NCBI GenBank assembly: GCA_965198165.1
Contig: OZ240244.1
Span: 1,258,061-1,322,060 of the forward strand
Length of the DNA: 64,000 nt
Direction of reading: 5' to 3'
Origin: Candidatus Poribacteria bacterium
GTDB taxonomy: Bacteria; Poribacteria; WGA-4E; PCPOR2b
Under the pieces are notes generated by a model. The model made no database searches. It saw only the letters and a program-made list of their open reading frames with translations, and was not told where the DNA came from. Both the position numbers and the translations under genes were made by a program. The first letter of the stretch is position 1. Each line of letters opens with the position of its first letter. Below are positions 9,191 through 19,035 of this stretch, one piece after another.

Positions 9191-9207
9191 AATTGGAGCA
9201 TCGCATC

Positions 9208-10638
9208 ATGATACACCTCCCGATTCTGAGAGGCGGACGTACGTACAAAAGTCTAAATACCGCTCGTGTGGTGCATATCAAAACGGGCGAACCGGTTGCG
9301 GTCGTTAGCCAAGCCAATCAAGGGTTAATTGCCAAAGACTTACTCGACGTTGCGGACAACAAACGCGCATTCGACGCACTCTCCGTCTCAGATCTCTTGA
9401 GCATCTGCAAAAAAGCGGCGCGTTTTTTTATGGAATCCGATTTGCCGCTGGACAGCACCCTGCAATCGCCTGACGATTACATCCAACAGTTGTCTGCAAC
9501 CACGGGGATGCCAGAAACTCTCTGCCGAAAGAATATGAATAAAATTCAACGGGCACTGGAAGAGATGGAAACAATCTTGAGTGGATTGACGCACAATTTA
9601 GACCTCTCCATTCTCGATACCGGTTGGGGTGTGCAAGACGAACGCGTTCTGAGCTATGTTTGTCAAACCAACGCATTGGGGGCTGTGTTGCCGAATAATT
9701 CCCCGGGCGTACATTCCCTCTGGCTTCCAGCGATCCCGCTCAAAGTGCCAGTCGTGCTCAAGCCAGGGAGTCAGGAACCGTGGACACCGTTTCGCATCGC
9801 ACAAGCTTTTATTGAGGCAGGTTGTCCCTCTGAAGGGTTCGGATTTTATCCAACGGATTATTCGGGTGCCGCGGAGATACTGCTCCGTTGCGGTCGAACG
9901 ATGCTCTTTGGAGGGGGCTCGACGGTAGCCCCATGGCAAACTGACCCGCGTGTGGAAATTCACGGCCCTGGACAGAGCAAAATTATCATCGCAGAAGACA
10001 AGATTGATGGGTGGAGGAACTCTCTTGATGTGATGGTCACTTCGATTGCTGAAAACGGTGGGCGGTCTTGTATCAATGCTTCCGGTGTCTGGGTACCGAT
10101 GCACAGTCGTGAAATTGCGGAGGCGTTGGCGAGAGAATTGGTCAAAATTAATGCGCGACCTCTGGATGACCCAAACGCTCAGATTGCGGCTTTTACGGAC
10201 GCAACGTTTGCCCATCGTCTCTCGGCAATAATTGATAGCCAGCTTAAAGTCCCCGGTGCAATGGATGTGACGGCCGAGCTGCGTGGCGGGGAACGGGTGG
10301 TGAAAAAAGATGGCTGTACATTCCTGCTTCCAACTGTCATTTGGTGTGAAACCCCGGAGCATCCACTCGCAAACACTGAATTTCTGTTCCCATTCGTCAG
10401 TGTGGTCGGAGTGCCGCAAAGGGAGATATTGGAACACATCGGGCCCAGCTTAGTGGTCACGGCCATCACGGAAGACGAACAATTTACCCGCACCCTGCTC
10501 GCCTCGCCTGATGTGGAACGTTTGAATTTGGGACCCATTCCCACGAACCAGATCTCCTGGGATGACCCGCACGAAGGAAATCTGTTTGAACACCTCTATC
10601 AGCAACGCGCATTGCAGGTCAGCACTTCGATTCGCTAG
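9208..10638 (+). CDS. aldehyde dehydrogenase superfamily protein (acyl-CoA reductase-like)
   Basis: Catalytic Cys context GGRSCINASGVWV. NAD-binding region LKPGSQEPWT. GGAG RBS lies before the ATG at 9208. The ORF is open from 9169. Confidence 0.75.
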   Translation: MIHLPILRGGRTYKSLNTARVVHIKTGEPVAVVSQANQGLIAKDLLDVADNKRAFDALSVSDLLSICKKAARFFMESDLPLDSTLQSPDDYIQQLSATTGMPETLCRKNMNKIQRALEEMETILSGLTHNLDLSILDTGWGVQDERVLSYVCQTNALGAVLPNNSPGVHSLWLPAIPLKVPVVLKPGSQEPWTPFRIAQAFIEAGCPSEGFGFYPTDYSGAAEILLRCGRTMLFGGGSTVAPWQTDPRVEIHGPGQSKIIIAEDKIDGWRNSLDVMVTSIAENGGRSCINASGVWVPMHSREIAEALARELVKINARPLDDPNAQIAAFTDATFAHRLSAIIDSQLKVPGAMDVTAELRGGERVVKKDGCTFLLPTVIWCETPEHPLANTEFLFPFVSVVGVPQREILEHIGPSLVVTAITEDEQFTRTLLASPDVERLNLGPIPTNQISWDDPHEGNLFEHLYQQRALQVSTSIR

Positions 10639-10649
10639 GAGGGACATAT

Positions 10650-11855
10650 ATGACTACGGTTAATACGCCATCTATCAGCAAGGAACAGGTCGATTTTTAC
10701 AATGAGAACGGCTTTCTGATTGTTCGCAATGTACTGTCCACTGACGAAGCGGGTGAACTTCGTAGTATCGTCCAACAGGAGGTACAACGTGACGCATACC
10801 CATCGTCGCTGAAGTATCCTGAGCCATCGAAGTACACGGTTAGCGGCAATCGGATGGCTGATGCCGGTATGGCATCCATTGTTGAACATCCGACGGTTGT
10901 TGATGCCGTTGAGGGCTTGCTGGGTCAACCAGCGCATCTGACCGCTTTCGTCGCATATCTGCGTACCCCGGGCGATAAAGGCTCTGGCGCGCATTGTGAC
11001 TATAAACGGTGGCGGCCTGTCGGTTCATCAATGAATTGGCTGTTTGCCATCATTCCACTGACCGATTTTGATCCGGCGTATGGGCCGTTTCTGGTGTCGC
11101 CGAAATCCCATAAACTGCCCCAGGTTATCGACGAAGAGGCGCACATATTAGATCTCACCCGTCCGGATGCCGCGCAACTGCCCCCCTTTATTGACCCTGA
11201 ACTCAAGGCGGGCGACCTACTGCTTGCCAACGAGCACACTTGGCATAAAGCACCGGCGGGCACGACCACAGAAGACCGTTGCGGTATTTTCAATAAGTAT
11301 TGTGCGGTCAACGCTCCCCCCGCGGCGGGCTACTATTCGTACAATCACGCCGCCCTTGATTCATTGAGTGATGCGGGCAAACGGTTGTTGCCCGCCTGTT
11401 TTGATAAGCCTATCACGACAGCACATTTGCTCATCGAGTGCCCGAACGGCGAGGAATCGAAATTCCTGCTTCTGCACGACAAGGAGAACGGCCGGTGGGA
11501 GTTGCCCGGCGGCGAAGCGTGGGAAGAAGAGACGGTCAGTTGGGATGTCGGGGCCCGGATCGGTTCGCTGCAAGCCCTGACCAAAGCGCAACTCGGGTTA
11601 GACATTCCTTGGATGTCCTATATCGCGGATGTTGAAGCGGAAAACGGTATCTGCCGTACGTACGGATACTCGGATGCGAATCTGACCGCCGACTCACTGG
11701 CCAATGGATACTGCGAGTGGTTCACCAAAGACCGCCTGCAACGGATGCTGGGTGAGAGCAACCCTATCTGTCGCACAATTGATACATGGAACCGAGCTGA
11801 TATAATCCGTGGCAAGGGCAAAGCGTGCAGTCAGAGTAAAACGCAATTTGAGTGA
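10650..11855 (+). CDS. phytanoyl-CoA dioxygenase (PhyH) family Fe(II)/2OG oxygenase with a C-terminal Nudix-like extension
   Basis: N-terminal YNENGFLIVRNVLS, then HCD...H(WHKA) facial-triad spacing. C-terminal 150 aa contain FLLLHDKENGRWELPGGEAWEEET, a degenerate Nudix box. Confidence 0.7.
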   Translation: MTTVNTPSISKEQVDFYNENGFLIVRNVLSTDEAGELRSIVQQEVQRDAYPSSLKYPEPSKYTVSGNRMADAGMASIVEHPTVVDAVEGLLGQPAHLTAFVAYLRTPGDKGSGAHCDYKRWRPVGSSMNWLFAIIPLTDFDPAYGPFLVSPKSHKLPQVIDEEAHILDLTRPDAAQLPPFIDPELKAGDLLLANEHTWHKAPAGTTTEDRCGIFNKYCAVNAPPAAGYYSYNHAALDSLSDAGKRLLPACFDKPITTAHLLIECPNGEESKFLLLHDKENGRWELPGGEAWEEETVSWDVGARIGSLQALTKAQLGLDIPWMSYIADVEAENGICRTYGYSDANLTADSLANGYCEWFTKDRLQRMLGESNPICRTIDTWNRADIIRGKGKACSQSKTQFE

Positions 11856-11906
11856 CCGATTCCCGCGAATCTCACAGTATCGGGAGTGGGAACTCCCTCC
11901 CACACA

Positions 11907-12950
11907 TCAGGTAGACACGTAAAGCGGAAGCGAAACTGCTGTGCCAGACACCATGCTCCGGGTGACGGCTTCCGTAAATTCCATATATTTCGCACCTGTA
12001 TCAAAGTCAGTGTGGGTGATAACCTCATTCCCGAGAATGGCATTGATAAATTCCTCTTCCACCCGCCAACCGCCTTCTTCTTCAGCAGGAATGTCGAGCT
12101 CGGCGAGTTCAGCATCGCCCTTCTGCCCGCCATAAAGTTTGTTGCCCGAAAAGCGAAGTGTGCCTGAACTGCCAAACAGTAACCCTTCTGGCGTGCCCGC
12201 TAAGCCAGCGACGTTGGATACTTGGACGTGCATCTGTGCGCCACACGCCATGTCCGCGATGATGTCAATGTGTTCGGGGATACGCACAGGACGCATGATT
12301 CCATTATCATCCTTACGCATCTTGACGAAGGTTTTGCCCATCGCCACCACCCGCGTTGCCTCACCGACCCAGCGTATCAACGCCTCGTACCAGATGCCCA
12401 TACTCATTATGTTCAAACCGCTCAGGTCGAAGTTTTCTCGCCAGTGCAAGGGGGTATCGGGGTCAAGAAATTCACCGCCTGCTCGCACTTCGATTGCCAG
12501 TAGGTCGCCGATATATCCCTCGGCAATGAGCCGTTTCACCGTGTTGTCCACACGCAGGGTGAACGGGGACGGAACGATCTGGGTAACGAGGTGCGGTTTT
12601 GCGCGAGCGGCATCACGCATGGCGTGAGCATCTTGGGCGTTCATCGCCATTCGTGCTTCACACATCACATGCTTGTCCGCTTCCAAAGCCGCGACTGTAC
12701 CGAGACAGTGCATATACGGCCACGTCCCGATGACGATAGCTCCTGTATCTGGGTCATCAATGGCTTCGCGCCAGTTATCGTAAATTTTCGGAATCCCAAA
12801 CTCCTGTGCGACCCGTCCCGATGATTCGCGGCTGCGATTGCAAACGCCAACAACTTCGACACCATCAATTTCTTGCAATCCCGGAATGTGACGGGACGTT
12901 GTGTTTTGACCCGCACCGATAATGCCGACGCGAATTGTCTCGTTGCTCAT
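11907..12950 (-). CDS. Gfo/Idh/MocA family oxidoreductase
   Basis: N-terminal Rossmann motif IRVGIIGAGQNTTSRHIPGL and the fold-typical C-terminal alpha/beta domain. Confidence 0.85.
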   Translation of the reverse strand: MSNETIRVGIIGAGQNTTSRHIPGLQEIDGVEVVGVCNRSRESSGRVAQEFGIPKIYDNWREAIDDPDTGAIVIGTWPYMHCLGTVAALEADKHVMCEARMAMNAQDAHAMRDAARAKPHLVTQIVPSPFTLRVDNTVKRLIAEGYIGDLLAIEVRAGGEFLDPDTPLHWRENFDLSGLNIMSMGIWYEALIRWVGEATRVVAMGKTFVKMRKDDNGIMRPVRIPEHIDIIADMACGAQMHVQVSNVAGLAGTPEGLLFGSSGTLRFSGNKLYGGQKGDAELAELDIPAEEEGGWRVEEEFINAILGNEVITHTDFDTGAKYMEFTEAVTRSMVSGTAVSLPLYVST

Positions 12951-13267
12951 ATTTATATCTCCCTCATAGATGTAGTTATGCCAAATTAACCAGATTCACA
13001 TTGTTTTTCCAGCTTGTATCTCTACTCTTTTTGTCCGAATCGCGGATTATAGGCTTTACTATAATATGCCAAAATCTCCAGCTCTCATTTTAGCCGAAAA
13101 CACCAATTGAGTCGATCCTTTTTTGCTCTGGTCAAAAAAAAGCATTTGACAGATTTCTGACTTTTCGGTATGATGAGAGTATACCATACACGACAAATGC
13201 TTCCGTTGGATTGCCAACCCCAACGGAATAACGAACATCGTCTAGCCTTTTAAGGAGGCAAGCCTAA

Positions 13268-14008
13268 ATGAACATCCTGATTACAGGCGCGTCGAGTCAG
13301 CTCGCAGATGCTATTGCCGATGAACTCGGCGAAGATCATAATTTGCGTCTTATGGATAGTGTGCCGCTTGATAAGGAGGGCAAATTTGAAGTGATACAGG
13401 GGAGCATCCTAGATGCTGGTGATTCATCGAGGGCAGTGCGTGAGATGGATGTCCTCATTCATACCAGCGAACCGCCGACTGAACTCCCCACAGATACGCT
13501 GGAGCGGGAACAGACAATCCTTGACCTCGCCACAAGAGGGACGCACGTCATCTTTACCGCTGGGGTGAACGCTGGTATCAAGCGATTCATCTATGCCAGC
13601 TCCTTGGCAATTTTTCACGAATACCCTGACGATATCTATATTAGCGAGTTGTGGAAACCGCTTCCATCGCCAGAAATCATAGAGATGACGAAGTATTTGG
13701 GTGAATTGACGTGTCGAGAGTTTGCACGCGTGAACAGGGTTACTGTGACTGCATTGCGGCTCGGGGAACTTGTGCGAGAGGAAGCGGTTCAGGGAGAAAC
13801 GCCGAATGCCTCATGGCTTGATATTAGGGATGCCGCTCAAGCGTTTCGTTGTGCCTTGAGTCGCGATAGTAGTGAGCAGATTGGATGGCAACAGCGGTGG
13901 GACTTCTATCATGTCTGTGCGGATATTCCGAATCCGAGGTTTCTGATTGATAAAGCCCGCGGTATTGGGTATCACCCCACGCACAATTTTGAGGCGCACT
14001 ACCAATAG
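13268..14008 (+). CDS. NAD(P)-dependent epimerase/dehydratase-like SDR
   Basis: MNILITGASSQLADAIADEL Rossmann motif. Preceded by AGGAGG. Confidence 0.7.
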   Translation: MNILITGASSQLADAIADELGEDHNLRLMDSVPLDKEGKFEVIQGSILDAGDSSRAVREMDVLIHTSEPPTELPTDTLEREQTILDLATRGTHVIFTAGVNAGIKRFIYASSLAIFHEYPDDIYISELWKPLPSPEIIEMTKYLGELTCREFARVNRVTVTALRLGELVREEAVQGETPNASWLDIRDAAQAFRCALSRDSSEQIGWQQRWDFYHVCADIPNPRFLIDKARGIGYHPTHNFEAHYQ

Positions 14009-14075
14009 AGATTCGCCCATTCGCAAATTCATCTGCTCATTTTAACACCGTTTCACGCATAAGGAGGATTCACCG

Positions 14076-14792
14076 GTGAAAAAAGTTCTCGTCCTCGGCG
14101 CGTCTGGTAACATTGCCCCCTACATCACGCCGGGGCTGGCAAAAGACTATGAGCTACACCTTACGGATATCGTCCCGCATCCAGCAGGCACACCGACTAC
14201 GACGGTTGATATAACCTGCTACGACCAAGTTTTAGAGGCATCTCGTGGGATGGATGCCATTATGAATTTCACTGTCATCCGCGACAACCCGACTGTAAGT
14301 TTTGACGTGAATGTAAAAGGCGCGCTGCATGTCATGAAAGCCGCCGTTGAGCATAATATAAAAAAAGTGATTCACACAGGCCCTCAACTGGTTCGTAGCG
14401 GATACGACCACGAGTTTGATGTTGATGACGTGCCGCGAATACCGGGGACGAATTATTACGGGATTACCAAGTTCCTCAGCATGGAAATCTGCAAAATCTA
14501 CTCGCGGGTCTATGATATTCAAACGGTCTGTTTTGTCTTTAACGGACTCGGCCCAAAGCCAACTGTCCCGGTGACCAAGCAGGATTTCCCGACCTTTACG
14601 GTGGTCTGGGAAGACCTAGAACACGCCTGTCGGCTCGCGTTGGAGATTGAGTCTGTTCCCGATAATTTCCAAGATTTTAATTTGCTCAGTTACCTCGCAC
14701 ACGGAAAATATCAGGTCGAGAAAGCGAAGCGAATCTTGGGATTTGAACCGTTGGAACGGGTTGAAGATTATTTCAAGCGACCAACCGATTAG
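14076..14792 (+). CDS. NAD(P)-dependent epimerase/dehydratase-like SDR (paralog of the previous gene)
   Basis: MKKVLVLGASGNIAPYITPGL motif. AGGAGG RBS. Confidence 0.7.
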   Translation: MKKVLVLGASGNIAPYITPGLAKDYELHLTDIVPHPAGTPTTTVDITCYDQVLEASRGMDAIMNFTVIRDNPTVSFDVNVKGALHVMKAAVEHNIKKVIHTGPQLVRSGYDHEFDVDDVPRIPGTNYYGITKFLSMEICKIYSRVYDIQTVCFVFNGLGPKPTVPVTKQDFPTFTVVWEDLEHACRLALEIESVPDNFQDFNLLSYLAHGKYQVEKAKRILGFEPLERVEDYFKRPTD

Positions 14793-14994
14793 GAACCTGT
14801 TTGAAAAGTCATCACGTATTAGGAGAAGGCGGGGCAAGATGCCCTGCCTACGGTATTATACCAAATTGCTTTAAATATTATTGCGTTATATCGGTTTTCA
14901 ATGGATTCGCAAAACCGAAAAACAATACCAATCAGGTTAATTTGGTATTATAGTAAAGCCCATAATTACTAATACACCGCGACCAGCGCGCTTA

Positions 14995-15043
14995 CAAAGC
15001 GCGCCTACCGGTAAATGTCACCATATAGATTTCACTATAAAAA
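14995..15043 (+). promoter_or_regulatory. second copy of the conserved upstream element (cgcctaccggtaaatgtcaccatat...gatttcact)
   Basis: Matches 9140-9185. Preceded by the shared gtaaagcccataattact module, also at 8625-8660. Confidence 0.3.
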
Positions 15044-16015
15044 ATGATTTTTTCATCTGCCGAGATTCTTGAGAGTGATTTTGCCAACCACAAACCGCGT
15101 TTAGCGTTTGACGGAGATACATTCGATGCGTGGCAGGAGTGGCGGAGGCGATTGTTGCCGGAATTGCGGCAGTTGCTCGGCCCTGTTCCCGACGCAATCG
15201 CTCCGTTGAACCCTCAGATTCTCTCCACACAGACGTTTGAGAAGTTTACTCTGCACAAAGTGATCTATTCGTCACGACCGAATGTTCCCATCCCGGCTTA
15301 TCTGCTAATTCCGAAAGGCGCGACCGAAAAAACGCCTGCCGTGCTATGCATCCACGGGCATGTCCCAAACGGCAAGGAGGATGTCGTCTTCAGTGAGGGC
15401 GAATACGGTGCCGCGTATGGGCGGACGCTTGCGGAGCAGGGCATGGTGACCTTGTGCCCCGATAACGCTGGGATGGGAGAGCGGACTCATCCCTCTGGTG
15501 GATGCGATTTCCTTTGGCGCAGGCTCAACCTACTCGGTGAAGACCTCACCGGGTATAGGGTTTATGACCTGATGCGCGGAATGGATTACCTCCAAAGCCT
15601 TCCAGAGGTCGATGAAACACGGATCGGAATTGCAGGTCTGTCTGGCGGTTGCTGGCTCGGAATCGTTCACGCGGCGTTTGATGCTCGTGTCAAGGCGGGG
15701 GTGCTGAGCGGTTATTTCACGACGTTCGCGCAAACGTCATGGTTCGGACATTGCATCTGCCATCATCCGCGCGGTATCGGAGCGCTCTGTGAGATGCCAG
15801 ATATCGCGGGGTTGATTGCGCCACGCCCAATCTTTGTCGAATGGGGAACGGAGGACGTAAGTCGCCCTGTACAACCCGCTTTTGAGATGGCACAGAAAAT
15901 CTATCGTGCTGCTGGTGCCGAGGATAGTATCCACCTGCACCAATTTGATGCAGGGCACCTCTTTTCGGGTGAGCGGTCGCTACCTTGGCTCGTTGAGACT
16001 TTGTCGGCACTGTGA
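15044..16015 (+). CDS. alpha/beta hydrolase (acetyl-xylan-esterase / dienelactone-hydrolase-like)
   Basis: GLSGG nucleophile elbow. CIHGH and the Asp/His region are consistent with an AXE1-like fold. Confidence 0.7.
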   Translation: MIFSSAEILESDFANHKPRLAFDGDTFDAWQEWRRRLLPELRQLLGPVPDAIAPLNPQILSTQTFEKFTLHKVIYSSRPNVPIPAYLLIPKGATEKTPAVLCIHGHVPNGKEDVVFSEGEYGAAYGRTLAEQGMVTLCPDNAGMGERTHPSGGCDFLWRRLNLLGEDLTGYRVYDLMRGMDYLQSLPEVDETRIGIAGLSGGCWLGIVHAAFDARVKAGVLSGYFTTFAQTSWFGHCICHHPRGIGALCEMPDIAGLIAPRPIFVEWGTEDVSRPVQPAFEMAQKIYRAAGAEDSIHLHQFDAGHLFSGERSLPWLVETLSAL

Positions 16016-16029
16016 CCAGCAGATTAGAT

Positions 16030-16053
16030 CTGCTGGATTTGTCAATCGAGCAG
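16030..16053. repeat. REP-like palindrome ctgctggatttgtcaat(c/g)cagcag
   Basis: Perfect or near-perfect inverted repeat with a 4-bp spacer. Recurs at 44214-44245, 44296-44316, 50111-50142 and 54611-54642. Confidence 0.7.
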
Positions 16054-16130
16054 GAGCGGCGGGGCCCAGGCGCGTCATGGTCTTTGTCAAAATGTAAAAT
16101 TTATTATTGAAAGTTGCTTATCCGCGAGAA

Positions 16131-16195
16131 ACCGAGTTTTGCCGATCCTTGCGGATGGAAACCCGATGACGAGACGCAAAAAACTCGGTTTCTAA
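16131..16195. repeat. MITE-like inverted-repeat element, inverted copy of 3196-3267
   Basis: Exact reverse-complement match to the 3196-3267 unit. Confidence 0.7.
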
Positions 16196-16246
16196 AATGT
16201 GAAGTTTATTATTAAAACTGATGACCGAATGTCAGGGAGTTCTATA

Positions 16247-17056
16247 ATGACCCCCAAACAACGCTACCAGTTTGATGTTACCGGCTACCTCCATTTGGAG
16301 AACGTCCTGAGTGCTGAAGAGTTAGCGGCGGCGCGAGAGGCCGCTTTTCGCTATATCAATACCCCTACGGAAGAACTGCCGCCCGGCTTCCGCTCAAATG
16401 GGAAAGGGTTTGAAAATGGCTTTGCGTTTGATAAGGCATTAGAGGCACTGGCGGTGCATCCGGTGACTTGGCCTATTGTCAAGGAGCTGACCAACAACAA
16501 GCCGCAGCTTATGCGGGGTACAATGATGGCTGACAGAGCCGGTGTGTCAGAGTCTGAAGCACCGCTATACCTGCATTGCGCTCGGGAAGATTTCGGGTGG
16601 GAGAGTACCCGTTACCTTGTAAAGGATGAGCGAATCTTCTGCAATGATTTTGTTATTTTCCCGTATTTGACCGATGTGTACCCGGGAGATGGAGGACTAT
16701 TGGTTGTGCCGGGGTCACACAAGGCTGAGTTTCCACGTCCCGAAACGCTGTTTAATCACGGCGTGGTCGAAGACAAAGACAGCCTTCCACCGGGCGTTGT
16801 CAACATCACGCCGAAAGCGGGGGATATGGTGATTATCTCCGAATTGCTGACGCACGGCGCATTGCCGTGGAAACCGAAAGACCGGTATCGTTGCTTTTTG
16901 GTGCTGCGCTATGGCCCACAGTATCGCGGAGAAAGCCGTGTATCCCAAGAGGTCAGAGCGCGTCTATCGCCTGAAACGTTGGAATTGATCGCCCGAGAAC
17001 ACTACACGCACCCGAAGGAAATCATCAAGATGGATGTCATCACTTTGACCACCTGA
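16247..17056 (+). CDS. phytanoyl-CoA dioxygenase (PhyH) family oxygenase
   Basis: PhyH-type N-terminus QRYQFDVTGYLHLENVLS. HxD...H spacing. GGGAG RBS lies before the ATG at 16247. Confidence 0.75.
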   Translation: MTPKQRYQFDVTGYLHLENVLSAEELAAAREAAFRYINTPTEELPPGFRSNGKGFENGFAFDKALEALAVHPVTWPIVKELTNNKPQLMRGTMMADRAGVSESEAPLYLHCAREDFGWESTRYLVKDERIFCNDFVIFPYLTDVYPGDGGLLVVPGSHKAEFPRPETLFNHGVVEDKDSLPPGVVNITPKAGDMVIISELLTHGALPWKPKDRYRCFLVLRYGPQYRGESRVSQEVRARLSPETLELIAREHYTHPKEIIKMDVITLTT

Positions 17057-17153
17057 GCAGGGTTTGGTATTAAAGCGTTCTGACCACACAATGCAGAAAG
17101 GAAGATTGGAAGATTGGGAGATTGGAAGAAGAGAAGGTTAAAAGAAAGGGAGG

Positions 17154-18206
17154 ATGGAAATGAGCAACGTTAAAATTGCTGTTGTCGGTATGGGGATTGG
17201 TCGCCCTAACGGCCGTGCGCTGGCAAAGCATCCGCGGGGCGTGGTCGTGGCACTATGTGACCTCGTCGAAGAGCGGATGCAGGCTTTTGCCAAGGAATTG
17301 CCGAATCCGGTGAAGCTTTATACGGACTACAAAGAGATGTGTCAAGACCCCGAAATTGATGCGGTCTTTGTTGGTACACCGAACCAGTGGCACGCGCCAA
17401 TCGGACGTGAAGCAGTGCGGAACGGCAAGCATGTCCTGATCACGAAACCGCTTGCTGACTCTGAGGGGGCGGCGGGACAGCTCGTCGCGGATGCAGAGTC
17501 GGCTGGTGTTGTCAACATGATGTCTTTGGCGATGCGCTTTAGTGATGCCTGCCAGCATCTTGGCGGTCTAGCGCGGGAGGATTATTTCGGCGAACTCTAC
17601 TATGCAAAGGCGCGCAGTATTCGCCGAAACGGGATACCCGTCTGGAGAGGTTCCAACCAATTGCGATTGGAATTCATTCAAAAAGGGGGCGGTGCTTTTA
17701 GAGATATGGGAGTGCATGTCCTCGATGCGGTCTGGTGGCTCTTGGGAAAACCTAAGCCGTTGCATGTCCTCGGAACCGGAGGGGCAAAGTTTGGACCGCA
17801 CGGTGCGGGGTATACGCAGGAAACGCCCAAAGATATCTACGAACAATTTGCTGTGGACGATTATGCCGGAGGGTTTATCGCTTTTGAAGGCGGGATTGGT
17901 TTACAGGTGGAGAGTTTCTGGGCATCGCATCAGCCAACGGAACGCCAGATTGAGCTCTTCGGCACGGACGGAGGCGCGCAACTATCGCCGTTGATAATCT
18001 ATCGGATGGAGAATGGGGTGGAGCAAAACCTCACTCCTGAACCGATCGAAAAAATGGAGGGGTTCGACCGCATTGCGAATCACTTCATTGGATCCATTCT
18101 TGACGGTGAACCGTGCAAAGCCCCTCTTCGAGATGGTCTAATTGTGCAACAGATGATGGAGGCGGTATTGAACAGTGCCGAGACGGGGCAACCTGTTGCG
18201 CTCTGA
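17154..18206 (+). CDS. Gfo/Idh/MocA family oxidoreductase
   Basis: VKIAVVGMGIGRPNGRALAKHP Rossmann motif. Classic EKPLA-like region (ITKPLADS). Confidence 0.85.
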   Translation: MEMSNVKIAVVGMGIGRPNGRALAKHPRGVVVALCDLVEERMQAFAKELPNPVKLYTDYKEMCQDPEIDAVFVGTPNQWHAPIGREAVRNGKHVLITKPLADSEGAAGQLVADAESAGVVNMMSLAMRFSDACQHLGGLAREDYFGELYYAKARSIRRNGIPVWRGSNQLRLEFIQKGGGAFRDMGVHVLDAVWWLLGKPKPLHVLGTGGAKFGPHGAGYTQETPKDIYEQFAVDDYAGGFIAFEGGIGLQVESFWASHQPTERQIELFGTDGGAQLSPLIIYRMENGVEQNLTPEPIEKMEGFDRIANHFIGSILDGEPCKAPLRDGLIVQQMMEAVLNSAETGQPVAL

Positions 18207-18211
18207 TTGCC

Positions 18212-18262
18212 AAAAAGGAAACGGACCGCCGCAAACCGCCGGTCCGTTCCCGATACGGTTTG
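18212..18262. terminator. bidirectional rho-independent terminator between convergent genes
   Basis: aaacggaccgccgcaaaccgccggtccgtt hairpin flanked by A-run and T-run (gccaaaaagg...ttcc). It serves 17154..18206 (+) and 18286..19035 (-). Confidence 0.55.
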
Positions 18263-18285
18263 ATACAAACTTGTAGAATGAAGTC

Positions 18286-19035
18286 CTAATACCCTGCCTT
18301 GATGAGGCCCCAAGCAATAGGCAGTTTTCCTGACGCTTCGACGGATAAAATGTTCCCCTCCATCGCCATTGTGACCTCTTCTTCCGATAAGGCTTTCTGC
18401 CACAGGCGAAGTTCGTCAAGAATGCCATCCCAATACCGCTCTGCCCGATATCGCCCAATTTCCAAAGGCGCGCCGTTGTCCGTTTTACCGGGACCGGCGG
18501 CGTTTTTGTCGTCTAGGTCAAGTTTGCCATCAAGATAGATCTGAATCGTAGTCTTATCCTTGCGAACCGAGACGACATGGTGCCACTTGTCATCGGCGAT
18601 AGGGGTTTTGCCGGGCACCTCTCCGCCTGCCGCACCGTCATGATAGCGGGTGTAAAGCAAGCCATCTCTCAGTTTGATGTAGTATCCAGGGCCGTCCCAC
18701 TTGATAAACATGAACCCTTGCCCAGTTTTCTTACCTGTCTTAAACCAAGCTTCCAGGCTCACGTCAGCCGTGCCCATGTCTAATATTTTATTTGCCGGCA
18801 CTGAGGCTCCCATTGATTTGCCGTCTGTGAACGCAACACCGCCCTTTACTTTCCCTTGCACCCACTTGGGTTTATTCTCAAGTTTTGCCACGAATTTGTT
18901 CGGAGAGATATCCGTAATTTTATCTCCGCTTCCTTCGTCTAGTGGAAAGTAGAACACCAAATTGGCGAAATCCGCGCTATATCCAGATGTGACCATGAGA
19001 CTCAAACCAACAGAAAACAGAACAACACATCGCAA
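18286..19035 (-). CDS. secreted LamG (concanavalin-A-like lectin) domain protein with conserved C-terminal tag ...SVEASGKLPIAWGLIKAGY
   Basis: Signal peptide MRCVVLFSVGLSLMVTSGYSA. Laminin_G_3 end motif LDELRLWQKALSEEEV. The frame starts at TTG, while an AGGAGG-ATGATG at 19054 is offset by 1 nt (see findings). Confidence 0.7.
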   Translation of the reverse strand: MRCVVLFSVGLSLMVTSGYSADFANLVFYFPLDEGSGDKITDISPNKFVAKLENKPKWVQGKVKGGVAFTDGKSMGASVPANKILDMGTADVSLEAWFKTGKKTGQGFMFIKWDGPGYYIKLRDGLLYTRYHDGAAGGEVPGKTPIADDKWHHVVSVRKDKTTIQIYLDGKLDLDDKNAAGPGKTDNGAPLEIGRYRAERYWDGILDELRLWQKALSEEEVTMAMEGNILSVEASGKLPIAWGLIKAGY

